From Thermoplasmatota archaeon (GTDB lineage: Archaea > Thermoplasmatota > E2 > DHVEG-1), in NCBI GenBank assembly GCA_036625995.1, contig JAZKSQ010000001.1:1-28431 (forward strand): DNA of 28,431 nucleotides. The letters run 5' to 3'. Positions 17,012-26,567 of the stretch are shown piece after piece. The position numbers and the translations under genes were made by a program. The notes below the pieces were generated by a model that had not been told where the DNA came from, did not search any database, and worked only from the letters and a program-made list of their open reading frames with translations. Every line of letters begins with the position of its first letter. Positions within the stretch are counted from its first letter, which is position 1.

Positions 17012-18868
17012 TTATCTTTTTATTTTTCCGAATAGACTTTTCTTCTTTTTGTTTTTAGTTTTGCTAAAATTACATGATTCGTTCATAGGACATTTTGAAC
17101 AATCAGGATTTTGTTTATGACAGAAATCTTTTCCTAAGCGGGCAAGAGATTGTAGATATTTATATACATTTTCGTTCATTTTCTCAGCTTCTTTAGTTAG
17201 TTTTTCCATAGCTTCATTAGCATCATCTGTAGAAACCCATCCTAGTCTATTTGCGACTCTTGATACATTAATTGCTTTTTTTGTAGGCTTTTTTTTCTTA
17301 TTTTGCTTATTTTTTGTATTTAAATCTGTTTTTTCTTTTTTAATGGGTTTCGAATCGGACGTTGCTGTAGGGACTCTAAGTTTTGAGCTGGATTTTCCAG
17401 AAGAAATTTTTATTGAGCCTCCGCCATGTTTTGTCTCCCTAGTTCTGATCTCAGTCATTATAGGCATCTGAAGGCCTGAACCAGAGATAAGGGCTATACC
17501 TACAGGTAAACGCTGTATTTCATCCGCTGTTTTGGTGGTTAAACCTTCAACTGATTGAACTATTGCCTTTATGTCGTTGGGGTTAGTTACCTTCAAAATC
17601 ATATGTGTGTTACATTGGCTGATAATGTTTTTATCGACTTTAGCTGGACGTTGACTGACTATACATAGACCCATACCAAATTTTCTGCCTTCTGAGGCTA
17701 CAGTTCTAAGCATTCCTGATGATACTGACTTTCCAAATCCTCTTTCAGGACAGTAATTATGTGCTTCTTCAACTACCATGAGAAAGGGTGGTACATTTCC
17801 AGATTTTCTTTCTTCAAAGAGTTCTTTTGTAAGTCTGGCTACTACTACACTTTGTACATCTGGTGGAACACCTTTCATATTTATTATAGAACACCTACCT
17901 TTTTTGACTATTTCATCTGGTGGTGTACCTTCTTCTGAAAATACATTTGTAGAAGCTAAAGATTCCAGGGAAGCGATAACATTCCATCTGGCGTTACTCT
18001 TACTTCTACTTACTGCATCCTTTATATCTTCAAGTGTATAGACTTCTTTGTATTCTTTTACTTCCTTTATAGCCTGATAGAGAACCCCTTTTTGAGGACC
18101 AGTAAGTTTTGCAGGTAGAAGATCTGTAATTTCGCCTGCTTCTAGATTCAAACCATTCATAGTAAGATGATCTATTTTACCTTTCTTTCCTACCGGAGAG
18201 AACTCTTTTATTTGTTTTTCATAAGAATTTTTCTCTACTCCAAATCTCTCCATATTTTTTGCTTCTTTTTTACTTTTGTTAGAAGTTGATAGTGATGCGT
18301 ATTCACCATGTGTATCTATTATAACCATCGGTATTTTTTGTTTTAAAAGTTCTTCTACGAGTACCCCACATGCATAGCTTTTTCCTCCCCCCGTTTTAGC
18401 AAGAATACATATATGTTTTTGAACTAATGAATCGATATTTAAGTAAACAGGCAGATCATGTCCTTTTAAAAGACCTATATATGCTCCGTCTTTCTTTGAG
18501 GAACTTAAGCCTAAAACATTTTTAATTAAATTTTCATCGGCATGTTTTATTGCACTTCCTGAATTAAAAGGAGTTCGAGGTGATTGTAAAAGTCCTTTTT
18601 TATCTCTATATCCTATAACATCTGCGAAGGCAGATATTTTAGTCTTCATTTCTGGTCCTTCTTCGTCTACCATAAGAGATGTCGCTTCGTCGAATTTTAG
18701 GTCTGAAATTTGTTTGATATCTATTACTTGAGCAAGAATTTCCCCTTCTTTATGTGGTGCAGTGATATAGTCAAATTTTTTTACTTTATGTCCATTTACT
18801 GCAAAATTAAAATCTGTTGATCCTACATCTCCATAAATAAATCCTACTACATCATTTTCTTGTTGCAT
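17012..18868 (-). CDS. HerA-like (DUF87/FtsK-HerA) P-loop ATPase with C-terminal EndoIII-type [4Fe-4S] module
   Basis: N-terminal HAS-barrel-like region, Walker A LAKTGGGKS, DTHGEY, Walker B LMVVEEAH, EGRKFG, SQRPAKV. C-terminal C-x6-C-x2-C-x5-C. Start set at ATG 18868, 5 nt after GGGGA. Confidence 0.88.
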   Translation of the reverse strand: MQQENDVVGFIYGDVGSTDFNFAVNGHKVKKFDYITAPHKEGEILAQVIDIKQISDLKFDEATSLMVDEEGPEMKTKISAFADVIGYRDKKGLLQSPRTPFNSGSAIKHADENLIKNVLGLSSSKKDGAYIGLLKGHDLPVYLNIDSLVQKHICILAKTGGGKSYACGVLVEELLKQKIPMVIIDTHGEYASLSTSNKSKKEAKNMERFGVEKNSYEKQIKEFSPVGKKGKIDHLTMNGLNLEAGEITDLLPAKLTGPQKGVLYQAIKEVKEYKEVYTLEDIKDAVSRSKSNARWNVIASLESLASTNVFSEEGTPPDEIVKKGRCSIINMKGVPPDVQSVVVARLTKELFEERKSGNVPPFLMVVEEAHNYCPERGFGKSVSSGMLRTVASEGRKFGMGLCIVSQRPAKVDKNIISQCNTHMILKVTNPNDIKAIVQSVEGLTTKTADEIQRLPVGIALISGSGLQMPIMTEIRTRETKHGGGSIKISSGKSSSKLRVPTATSDSKPIKKEKTDLNTKNKQNKKKKPTKKAINVSRVANRLGWVSTDDANEAMEKLTKEAEKMNENVYKYLQSLARLGKDFCHKQNPDCSKCPMNESCNFSKTKNKKKKSLFGKIKR

Positions 18869-18911
18869 CGCTATCCCCAACTATTAATGTAGATGAATAT
18901 AAATCTGTGTT

Positions 18912-19721
18912 TTATAGTTTTTGTAATTTTTCTGCTTCTTCTGTAGGTAGGTGTGCAAGTATTTTTAAAGCTTCAATTTCTTTAAAATGAAGTCGTCCCG
19001 GAACCACAAGTGATTGTAATGGTTGACCTAAATCTTTTTTCACTAAATTTTTTAATGAATCGGCAGATACCTCTGGTTTTTTTGATCCAGCGTTAGAAAC
19101 TACACAAATTATTGTATCAGAATTTATTATTTCTTTTTTTCTCTTTTTTTCCATCTTTCTTAGAATTTTAATTCCCTCTTTTGCAGTCATATATCTGCCT
19201 TCTTCTATTATGTCTAATAGTACAAGTGTATGAAGATTCATTTTTTTATTGCTCATTATTACGTCATATGGACTAGTAGGGAAATAGTCCCCTTGGGGAA
19301 AAACAAGAGTCGTCGATCGGCCGAACTTATAGTTTTGTAGTCCTAAAAGCCCTGGAACAGCAGTTGTAATGCTATTGCCATGGATCAACTCTGTATATAA
19401 GTCCTTTTTTATTGCTTTCATCCTGAGATCTATATGAGTGGTTGCAGTCATCGTGTCGCCTCCTGTTAGAAAAACTATTTTTTTTCCAGAAAGAGCTGGG
19501 CCAATAATTTTATCTCCGTTTTCAGTTTCTTTTCTATTTAATACATTTATCTTTTTACCAATTGTATTTTCTATTTTACTTATTGAACTTCCAACTAATT
19601 GAGATGTATAGAATTCCGCAAAAACTATGTCAGCTTTTTTTATTTCTTCGATGCCTTTTAACGAAATATCTTTTTCATCATAAAGCCCTAGTCCTATAAA
19701 AGTAAGTTTTCCTTTCTCCAT
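18912..19721 (-). CDS. dph5: Diphthine synthase (diphthamide biosynthesis methyltransferase)
   Basis: FIGLGLYDEKDISLKG, AEFYTS, GDTMTATTHIDL, GLQNYKFGRSTT, HTLVLLDI and LVVPGRLHFKE. Confidence 0.95.
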   Translation of the reverse strand: MEKGKLTFIGLGLYDEKDISLKGIEEIKKADIVFAEFYTSQLVGSSISKIENTIGKKINVLNRKETENGDKIIGPALSGKKIVFLTGGDTMTATTHIDLRMKAIKKDLYTELIHGNSITTAVPGLLGLQNYKFGRSTTLVFPQGDYFPTSPYDVIMSNKKMNLHTLVLLDIIEEGRYMTAKEGIKILRKMEKKRKKEIINSDTIICVVSNAGSKKPEVSADSLKNLVKKDLGQPLQSLVVPGRLHFKEIEALKILAHLPTEEAEKLQKL

Positions 19722-19852
19722 AGTAAAAATATTTCACAAATAGATTTGAATGATATATTATTCATAAAACTTTGTCTTTTCAAAAGTTTTGTACTAGACG
19801 GAAATTTTTTTAGGGATATTTAAATAATTGTTCTTTATTTAACCGTATTAAA

Positions 19853-20806
19853 ATGTTATCTTTATATCTTGCTTTGCCAGCTTTTATAGCAGGTATTATT
19901 CTTCTTTACAAGTTTTCGGATTTATTGGTTGAAGGTACTTCGAAAACAGCTGCTCATTTTGGCATCTCTGCTTTGGTTATTTCATTAATTATAGTTGCTT
20001 TCGGTACTTCTGCACCTGAATTTGCAATTTCTGTAGGCGCCGCAGCTCAGGGTGAAGCTGAAATTTCTCTTGGTAATATAGTTGGATCCTGTGTTGCTAA
20101 TCTTCTTTTAGTTTTAGGTGTAAGTGCTTTGATATCTCCAATAAAAGTAAAAAAAAGTGTTGTGAAAAGGGAAATGCCGGTTATGGTTATTTCTACGTTA
20201 ATACTTGGTTTATTTTCTTTTACAGGTCTTTTAGATGATTATCATTTTTTAGGAGGAATTTTGTTTCTTATTTTCTTTTTCTTTTTTGTATTTTATTTTT
20301 ATAGATGTGCAAAAAAGGAAAAGAATCACAATAAAGCAGTGAATCAGGATAATCCAATAAAAAATCTTTTTTTTATTTTTATAGGAATAGCAGGGGTTAT
20401 ATTAGGTGCTTGGCTTTTAATAGAATCTTCAAAGTCTATAGCCGAATATATTGGGGTACCTACCATTATCATTTCTTTGTCCATGGTAGCTATTGGTACT
20501 TCTCTACCCGAACTAGTTGTTTCAGTAGCTGCTTCCTACAAAAAAGAAGCAGATATATCTATAGGGAATGTTTTAGGATCAAATGTTTTCAATATTTTTT
20601 TGGTTTTAGGGGCTAGTGCATTGTTTTTACCTCTTAAAACTACGTTAGCATGGGGTTCTCTAATTTTTCTATTTTTTGCAACGTTCATGATGTTTCCAGT
20701 GATATATACGGGATATATTATTTCTCGAAAAGAAGGTTTCGTTTTGTTAGTACTTTACTCAATATTTATATGGTATATTTTCTTTGGAAGTAATATTCCA
20801 ATATAA
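19853..20806 (+). CDS. Calcium/sodium antiporter (CaCA, YrbG/NCX_Mj-like)
   Basis: Two alpha repeats, VAFGTSAPE...GNIVGSCVAN and VAIGTSLPE...GNVLGSNVFN; about 10 TM segments. Confidence 0.92.
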   Translation: MLSLYLALPAFIAGIILLYKFSDLLVEGTSKTAAHFGISALVISLIIVAFGTSAPEFAISVGAAAQGEAEISLGNIVGSCVANLLLVLGVSALISPIKVKKSVVKREMPVMVISTLILGLFSFTGLLDDYHFLGGILFLIFFFFFVFYFYRCAKKEKNHNKAVNQDNPIKNLFFIFIGIAGVILGAWLLIESSKSIAEYIGVPTIIISLSMVAIGTSLPELVVSVAASYKKEADISIGNVLGSNVFNIFLVLGASALFLPLKTTLAWGSLIFLFFATFMMFPVIYTGYIISRKEGFVLLVLYSIFIWYIFFGSNIPI

Positions 20807-20863
20807 AGCTAAAAATTTTTTATTAAATCAAACTATATTTATAGGAGAGACTGTTTTTTTGTA

Positions 20864-21790
20864 TTGAAAATAATGATTGGAAAAGTCGATAAGAAAGAGA
20901 TAATTGCATCGTTGATAATGGTTTTATTTTTTTTAGTTATTCATGGTATTGCTTTGTTTTTAGCTGGGCCTTTTGAAGAAGCAGGGGTTAAAACTTTTGA
21001 GAATCCGGAAGATCCCTTAAATATCGCTTTTATCCTTATAATACTGTTAGCTTTTACTGGAATAATTCTTTTGATAGCAAAATTTTGGAAAAAAAGAGTA
21101 ATTCATTTGATAGTTTTAGGAGCTATAGGTTACACTTCAGCATATGTTTTTTATCCAGTTTTTAATATGATTTTTACGGAGATCTTTTCGCTTATATTAG
21201 CGATAATAGCTGCAGTTGTTATTGTTTTATTGATTTTTTATTATCCAGAATGGTATATTTTGGATTTATGTGGGATTGTAGTAGGAGCGGGTGCCATTGC
21301 AATCTTTGGGATTTCTTTGAGTATCCCCTTGGTAATACTATTATTGTCAGTTTTATCTGTATATGATGCTATATCTGTATATAAAACTAAACATATGGTG
21401 GATCTTGCTGACACTGTTATGGATTTAAAGTTGCCTGTTTTATTGGTTGTACCTAAAGTAAGAAATTATTCTTTATTAAAAAAGGATATGAGTTTGAAGG
21501 CGAATTTAAAAAAAGATAAAGAAAGGGATGCTTTTTTTGTAGGTCTTGGAGATGTAGTTATGCCTGGGATATTAGTAGTTTCAGTTTTTCATAACATACC
21601 ACATGCTTTGTTTCTTTCTTTGGGAGTAATTTTAGGTACTTTAGTAGGTTTCGCGGTTTTGATGACCTTTGTTATAAAGGGACGGCCTCAAGCTGGTCTT
21701 CCCTCTTTATGTGGGGGAGCTATAGCAGGATATTTGGTATTTAGTTTACTTTTATTTGGAAAAATCGTTGGTTTTAGCGGTGTTTCCTAA
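20864..21790 (+). CDS. Presenilin-type (GxGD) intramembrane aspartyl protease, archaeal PSH family
   Basis: Catalytic YD (VYDAISV), GLGD and PQAGLP; about 9 TM segments. The start may be ATG 20873. Confidence 0.92.
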   Translation: MKIMIGKVDKKEIIASLIMVLFFLVIHGIALFLAGPFEEAGVKTFENPEDPLNIAFILIILLAFTGIILLIAKFWKKRVIHLIVLGAIGYTSAYVFYPVFNMIFTEIFSLILAIIAAVVIVLLIFYYPEWYILDLCGIVVGAGAIAIFGISLSIPLVILLLSVLSVYDAISVYKTKHMVDLADTVMDLKLPVLLVVPKVRNYSLLKKDMSLKANLKKDKERDAFFVGLGDVVMPGILVVSVFHNIPHALFLSLGVILGTLVGFAVLMTFVIKGRPQAGLPSLCGGAIAGYLVFSLLLFGKIVGFSGVS

Positions 21791-21791
21791 C

Positions 21792-22766
21792 TCAGTATTT
21801 TGTTTTAAAACCGCATTTTTCACACCAAATTTTTCCTGAAAAATGATTTAATTTATTTCCACATTTTGGACAACTTGTTTTTTCAAGGAAATGTTCTAGC
21901 CATAAATCTCTAACTTGTTCCACATTTTCATTCTGTATTCTTTTCAACATCTCTTTTAATTCTTTTGTATCCGCCAACTCTTTTAGATTTTCATAGTTTA
22001 CTTTTTTAGATAATGGCTTTTCAAAATTATCCAAATAGATTTTCTGTGGTCCTCTTCTAGAATTTCTTTTATGTTTTTTACCTACTAGTAAAGCAGCCAA
22101 TAATACTCCTCCGGCAAGACCTCCAAGGTGTGCAAAATGTGCTGTAGAATCTTGTACGCCGACAATTACGATTACTGTCTCTATTACCGCAAACAGTAAA
22201 ACAGCATATATGACTTTTATTCTCCTGAAAATCATAATTATTCCCAATGGAATAGGGAGAACAACCTTATCATGTGGATACGAAAAAGCAAAGGCACCCA
22301 TGATTCCAAATATTGCTCCAGAGGCACCGATAAGTGAGGTAACAGAACCTAAGTTTAAAATAGAGTGAGTTAAAGTACCAATCACTCCAGATATAAGATA
22401 TATTCCTAAAAATTTTTTCCATCCAACTCTTTCTTCAAAATGCATTCCTATAAAAAAGAATATAAACATATTTCCTAGTATATGGAGGAATCCTCCATGA
22501 ATAAACATTGATGTAAATATCGTATATATATTTTCTAGCTGACCTATATTTAGATATACAGGTTTAAAACCCAATTCTAGGACGAGTCTACTAATTGAGC
22601 CGCCTTGAGGTAATGGAACCTGAAAAATTAGGGTTAATACAAAAACAAAAAAATTTGCAGCTATAAGAATATAAGTTATCATCCATTTTTTTAAAGCTCC
22701 AATTATGAGGGCTCCAACCATTATGCATATTGCCACTATTGATTCAGGGTGCAGCATTAATTCCAT
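21792..22766 (-). CDS. Rhomboid intramembrane serine protease with C-terminal Zn-ribbon
   Basis: TSMFIHGG..HILGNM, GASGAI (catalytic Ser), AHFAHLGG (catalytic His); C-terminal CPKC-x12-CEKC. Confidence 0.92.
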   Translation of the reverse strand: MELMLHPESIVAICIMVGALIIGALKKWMITYILIAANFFVFVLTLIFQVPLPQGGSISRLVLELGFKPVYLNIGQLENIYTIFTSMFIHGGFLHILGNMFIFFFIGMHFEERVGWKKFLGIYLISGVIGTLTHSILNLGSVTSLIGASGAIFGIMGAFAFSYPHDKVVLPIPLGIIMIFRRIKVIYAVLLFAVIETVIVIVGVQDSTAHFAHLGGLAGGVLLAALLVGKKHKRNSRRGPQKIYLDNFEKPLSKKVNYENLKELADTKELKEMLKRIQNENVEQVRDLWLEHFLEKTSCPKCGNKLNHFSGKIWCEKCGFKTKY

Positions 22767-25700
22767 TTTCGTTTTCTCCAGTCTCTTACTATTATTAATA
22801 CAGTTAAAAGGTATATGGAAGTAATATAAATAGTGTTTTTATTGGAAAATATTAAAAGTTTTTTTCCTTTCTCTTTGTAATTATTTTTTACATTACTCGT
22901 TTTTATATTCCAATCATATTTAAACGTGGATTTAAAATAGGAAGTTATTTCCTTATCTTTTATTATTACCCCTGTTTCTCTGTTTTTTAGAAAAGAATTA
23001 CTATTCCAATTTATACTACCTATAAAAACACTTTTGTTATCGACGATTACGCCCTTATTATGTATGTTTATAAAAGGAGTATTTTTTGTACCTATGAATT
23101 TAACTTTGATGTTTTTTTCTTCAAGGTAACCCTTAGTCTGTTTGCATTTCTTTATAGAATCTTCATAATTACTATTGTAGTTAATTATTATTCTGATATC
23201 TATCCCTTGTTTTGATTTTGATACTAATTCTTTTAATAAAGGATTGATTTTTCCGTCTGTCCAATTTTTGTATATGTAGAGTTGTTCGATGTATATGCTT
23301 TCCTCTGCGTTTTTTATCATATTCAGAATAGAAATTAGGCTATTATCAGGTGAAAAAACGGGTGTTATGCTGATATTTTTTTCAAAATACTTAGATTTTT
23401 GTTTTGGTTTATATGAACCACTAATCTTTTGTTTTTTTGTATCTATTCTGTAGGGATTTACTTTTATTGTATCTACATCTCGGCTGTCATGTCTTTTTGG
23501 ATTCCAATCATCTAAAAAAACTTTTTTGAAGTAATTAGAGATTACTTTATTTTCAATGCATATACCCCATTCACGGTTTCCATATGTCGGTTCAAAAGGA
23601 TATCCTTCCTCTACAAAATTACAACTTCCAATAATTAATGTTTCATTGTCAATTATAATATATTTTCCATGATTGAAAGTATATCTTTTGTAGATTTTTC
23701 GATCTTTAACAGACCTTAGAGCCCGTATTTTTCCGCCGTGGTCTCTAATTTTAGATAAAACATATTTTTGTTTTTCTGAGATTCCCCCTACAGGCGATAC
23801 TTCTAGCAATATTTTTACAGAAACATTTCTACTTAAGGCTCCAATTATTTCATCGAGGATGAAAATACTTTCGAATTCATACATATTGATATAAATGGAG
23901 CTATTAGCTTTTCTGATTTGATTAATTAGTACATCATAGCTACAATCAGGTGAAACAAAAGTAGTGATATTTGAATTTAAAGTAAATTTTGAGGGATTAA
24001 ATCTTGATTGACCTATCTTATATAACCTAGGGTTCCTCCAGTCAGATGCCTGATCTTGGTCGATATAGGATTTTTCATCATTATCTTCTTTTCTTTTTAG
24101 AATAATTCCTTCTCCAGAAAGAGAAATAGTTTTTCCGTTCCACTCCGAAGAGTTATAATTTTTTTTATTTCCATAAACAACTAAATCAATTGTATGATTG
24201 AAATCATTTTTGAGACTTACAAAATCCCCTATGTTGTTTAAATAAAAATCATTTCCTGTAATCATTTGACTAATATTTTCCATAGAATCTTCTAGATATT
24301 CAAAGTCGGGAAAGTAACCTGTTTCAAAATTATAATAATATGCGTTTTGTGTCACCACAAGAGTGGCATGTGGAGATATATATGTTTTATCTGGGAAAAT
24401 AATTTTATTTTGTTTAAAAAAAGGAGAAAAAGGATCATCAGTTATATACCATTTAGAAATATCTATTCTTTTTTTTGTAGGGTTATATATTTTAATAAAT
24501 TCATTTTTTAAATTAGGACGAGAATGATAATAAATCTCAGTAATCAATAATTGTCTTTCTTTACCATTTGGAGAAGTATCAAATATTTTTATATACTCCC
24601 TAATATCGTTATTAAGAGGATTTAATTCAAATTTATTTTCTGTTGAGTTTACAGTTATAAAAACTTTATATTCTCCCGGCTCGATATTAGATGTAAAAAT
24701 TTCGATGGTTGGATATTTCTGATATTTTCCAATATGTTCATAATATTCTGTTCCAATAATTCTTTTTGAGTATTTTTCTATGAGATAAAATCTAACATTG
24801 ACTTTAGAGCTTTTTTCATTTCCTCTATTCTTTAAAAATGCTTTTATTTTGATTTTTTCTCCCTGTCCAAAAAGTTTCTTGGCCTTATTTTTAGAATCAA
24901 GTATCTTTATTTTCTTGAAATCTAAATCAGGCCCTCTTGCCCTTATAGCCATCCTTCTAGTCTTTATTATATTGATATCATTTGTTGAAGAAATGTTGAT
25001 AGTTAATTCATTTTCTTTTGATATCACTCTGCCATAATTTTTTATTTCTAATGAAATATTTTTTTCTTTATTGGGTTCAAGATTAATTTTTCTTTTATTT
25101 AAATCAAGCTGTAATTGCCTATTTTTTTGTTTCAAATCAATTTTTATTGTATCTTCAAAATCGCCTGTATTTTTTATTGAGATTAAAATACTCTTTTTTT
25201 GATTTTTTCTCAAAAAAATAATTTCTGGTGTTTTTTTGACTTTAAAATTATATCTACCTTGCTTTACAGATAGTTTATCCTTAATAATTTCTTTTTGTTT
25301 TGTAAAAATTCTTAGAGTATAATTATCTCCGACAGGGGCAGGCAATTTGTAATAACCATTTTTTGATATATGGCCCTCATCTATCTGATTGTTTTCTGTC
25401 CTGTAGATTGCTTTAGTAACATTATTCTTTGTAAGAAGTATGGTCTCATTTCCATATACTGTTTTATTGATCTTGGCTTCCCCGATTATAAATCCACCTG
25501 AAGTAGCATTTTTTGTAGAGTTGTCTAAATCTAAAAGAGCAACCTTTGTTGCGTCTTTATATATGTAATTCTCTTTTTTTATTTTAACAAATATATATGC
25601 GGAACTGCTGTTCTCTATATTTTTAATATAATGGTTATAGCCTTTACTTAATCTTAGATAAAAAATTTTTAAGAAACTGTCTTTGTCTTTTTTATTTGTC

Positions 25701-26563
25701 ATGTTTGTAAAATAATAGGAGTATTTCCAGCCTTTATTTTTTATCCAGGTTTGTGAACAAGGCCAAGTACTGGATTCGTTTTTCGAAATAAATACTTTAA
25801 ATTTAAGTGTTGAGTTTTTTTCAAAATCAGTAAATTTTATTTTTACAGCAAAGGGTACACTATATTTTTTATTTTTTTCAACTTTAGGTATAAACCTAGG
25901 GTATTTTTCAATTCTAATTTCTACAAAACTCTTTTTTTTATTTATTTTACCCGGAGTGGGTTTTTTTGATAAATAAAAATCTTTTATTGTATTGTTTTGA
26001 TCTGTTTCTTTTCTCCTGGCTAATGAATTCCCCTCTATAAATTTTTTTATAGGTTTTCCTGGAATATCCTTATAGTCTTTTCCCCATTCTAGAGAATCTA
26101 TTACATTATTTTTTTCGTCTAAAAGAATTAATTTATCTTGTTTATTTCCTAGACCATTTCCTATGCTTTTATCATCTGTACATAATTTTTTTGTTTCATT
26201 TGGTAAATCATATTTTTGGTATATTTTCGTTCCTTTATCTGTTATTATTGCGTATTTTTTAGGGTTAATAACTAAATTGTTTGACCCATACTTTTTATTT
26301 AACTCAATTTTATCTTTTCCATAATTGTCTTTTATTTTCCATCCGGTAATATTTATCTTTTTAGAAGTAGGGTTATACAATTCTAGCCATTCGTAATAAT
26401 TATCATTGTTTTTTGGATTGTACATCACTTCATTTATTAATATATGATTAAAACTTGAGTTGTTTTCGTTAGAAATGCTGATTGCAGATAGGTTAAATAA
26501 TAGTATTAAAAAAGTTAAAATTAGAAATATCGTTATTTTTGTTATTTTAAAGTTGATCTTTAT
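22757..26563 (-). CDS. Secreted, C-terminally anchored lamin-tail-domain / phospholipase D-superfamily protein (about 1268 aa)
   Basis: Two lamin-tail-like starts (ILINEVMYNP...EWLELYNP; LLITEIYY...EFIKIYNP), a CARDB-like domain (PDL...KAFLKNRGNEKS), two HKD motifs (HGKYIIID...GSCN; HNKGVIVD...GSINWN) and a C-terminal TM followed by RDWRKRKWN. The frame extends 45 codons upstream of the listed GTG through a signal peptide to ATA 26563. Confidence 0.85.
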   Translation of the reverse strand: MKINFKITKITIFLILTFLILLFNLSAISISNENNSSFNHILINEVMYNPKNNDNYYEWLELYNPTSKKINITGWKIKDNYGKDKIELNKKYGSNNLVINPKKYAIITDKGTKIYQKYDLPNETKKLCTDDKSIGNGLGNKQDKLILLDEKNNVIDSLEWGKDYKDIPGKPIKKFIEGNSLARRKETDQNNTIKDFYLSKKPTPGKINKKKSFVEIRIEKYPRFIPKVEKNKKYSVPFAVKIKFTDFEKNSTLKFKVFISKNESSTWPCSQTWIKNKGWKYSYYFTNMTNKKDKDSFLKIFYLRLSKGYNHYIKNIENSSSAYIFVKIKKENYIYKDATKVALLDLDNSTKNATSGGFIIGEAKINKTVYGNETILLTKNNVTKAIYRTENNQIDEGHISKNGYYKLPAPVGDNYTLRIFTKQKEIIKDKLSVKQGRYNFKVKKTPEIIFLRKNQKKSILISIKNTGDFEDTIKIDLKQKNRQLQLDLNKRKINLEPNKEKNISLEIKNYGRVISKENELTINISSTNDINIIKTRRMAIRARGPDLDFKKIKILDSKNKAKKLFGQGEKIKIKAFLKNRGNEKSSKVNVRFYLIEKYSKRIIGTEYYEHIGKYQKYPTIEIFTSNIEPGEYKVFITVNSTENKFELNPLNNDIREYIKIFDTSPNGKERQLLITEIYYHSRPNLKNEFIKIYNPTKKRIDISKWYITDDPFSPFFKQNKIIFPDKTYISPHATLVVTQNAYYYNFETGYFPDFEYLEDSMENISQMITGNDFYLNNIGDFVSLKNDFNHTIDLVVYGNKKNYNSSEWNGKTISLSGEGIILKRKEDNDEKSYIDQDQASDWRNPRLYKIGQSRFNPSKFTLNSNITTFVSPDCSYDVLINQIRKANSSIYINMYEFESIFILDEIIGALSRNVSVKILLEVSPVGGISEKQKYVLSKIRDHGGKIRALRSVKDRKIYKRYTFNHGKYIIIDNETLIIGSCNFVEEGYPFEPTYGNREWGICIENKVISNYFKKVFLDDWNPKRHDSRDVDTIKVNPYRIDTKKQKISGSYKPKQKSKYFEKNISITPVFSPDNSLISILNMIKNAEESIYIEQLYIYKNWTDGKINPLLKELVSKSKQGIDIRIIINYNSNYEDSIKKCKQTKGYLEEKNIKVKFIGTKNTPFINIHNKGVIVDNKSVFIGSINWNSNSFLKNRETGVIIKDKEITSYFKSTFKYDWNIKTSNVKNNYKEKGKKLLIFSNKNTIYITSIYLLTVLIIVRDWRKRKWN

Positions 26564-26567
26564 TTTT

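Noticed and set aside
20080-20105. GSCVAN instead of GSN in antiporter alpha-1 repeat
   Set aside because: As I recall, the archaeal NCX_Mj also has GSC here, so this is ordinary variation.
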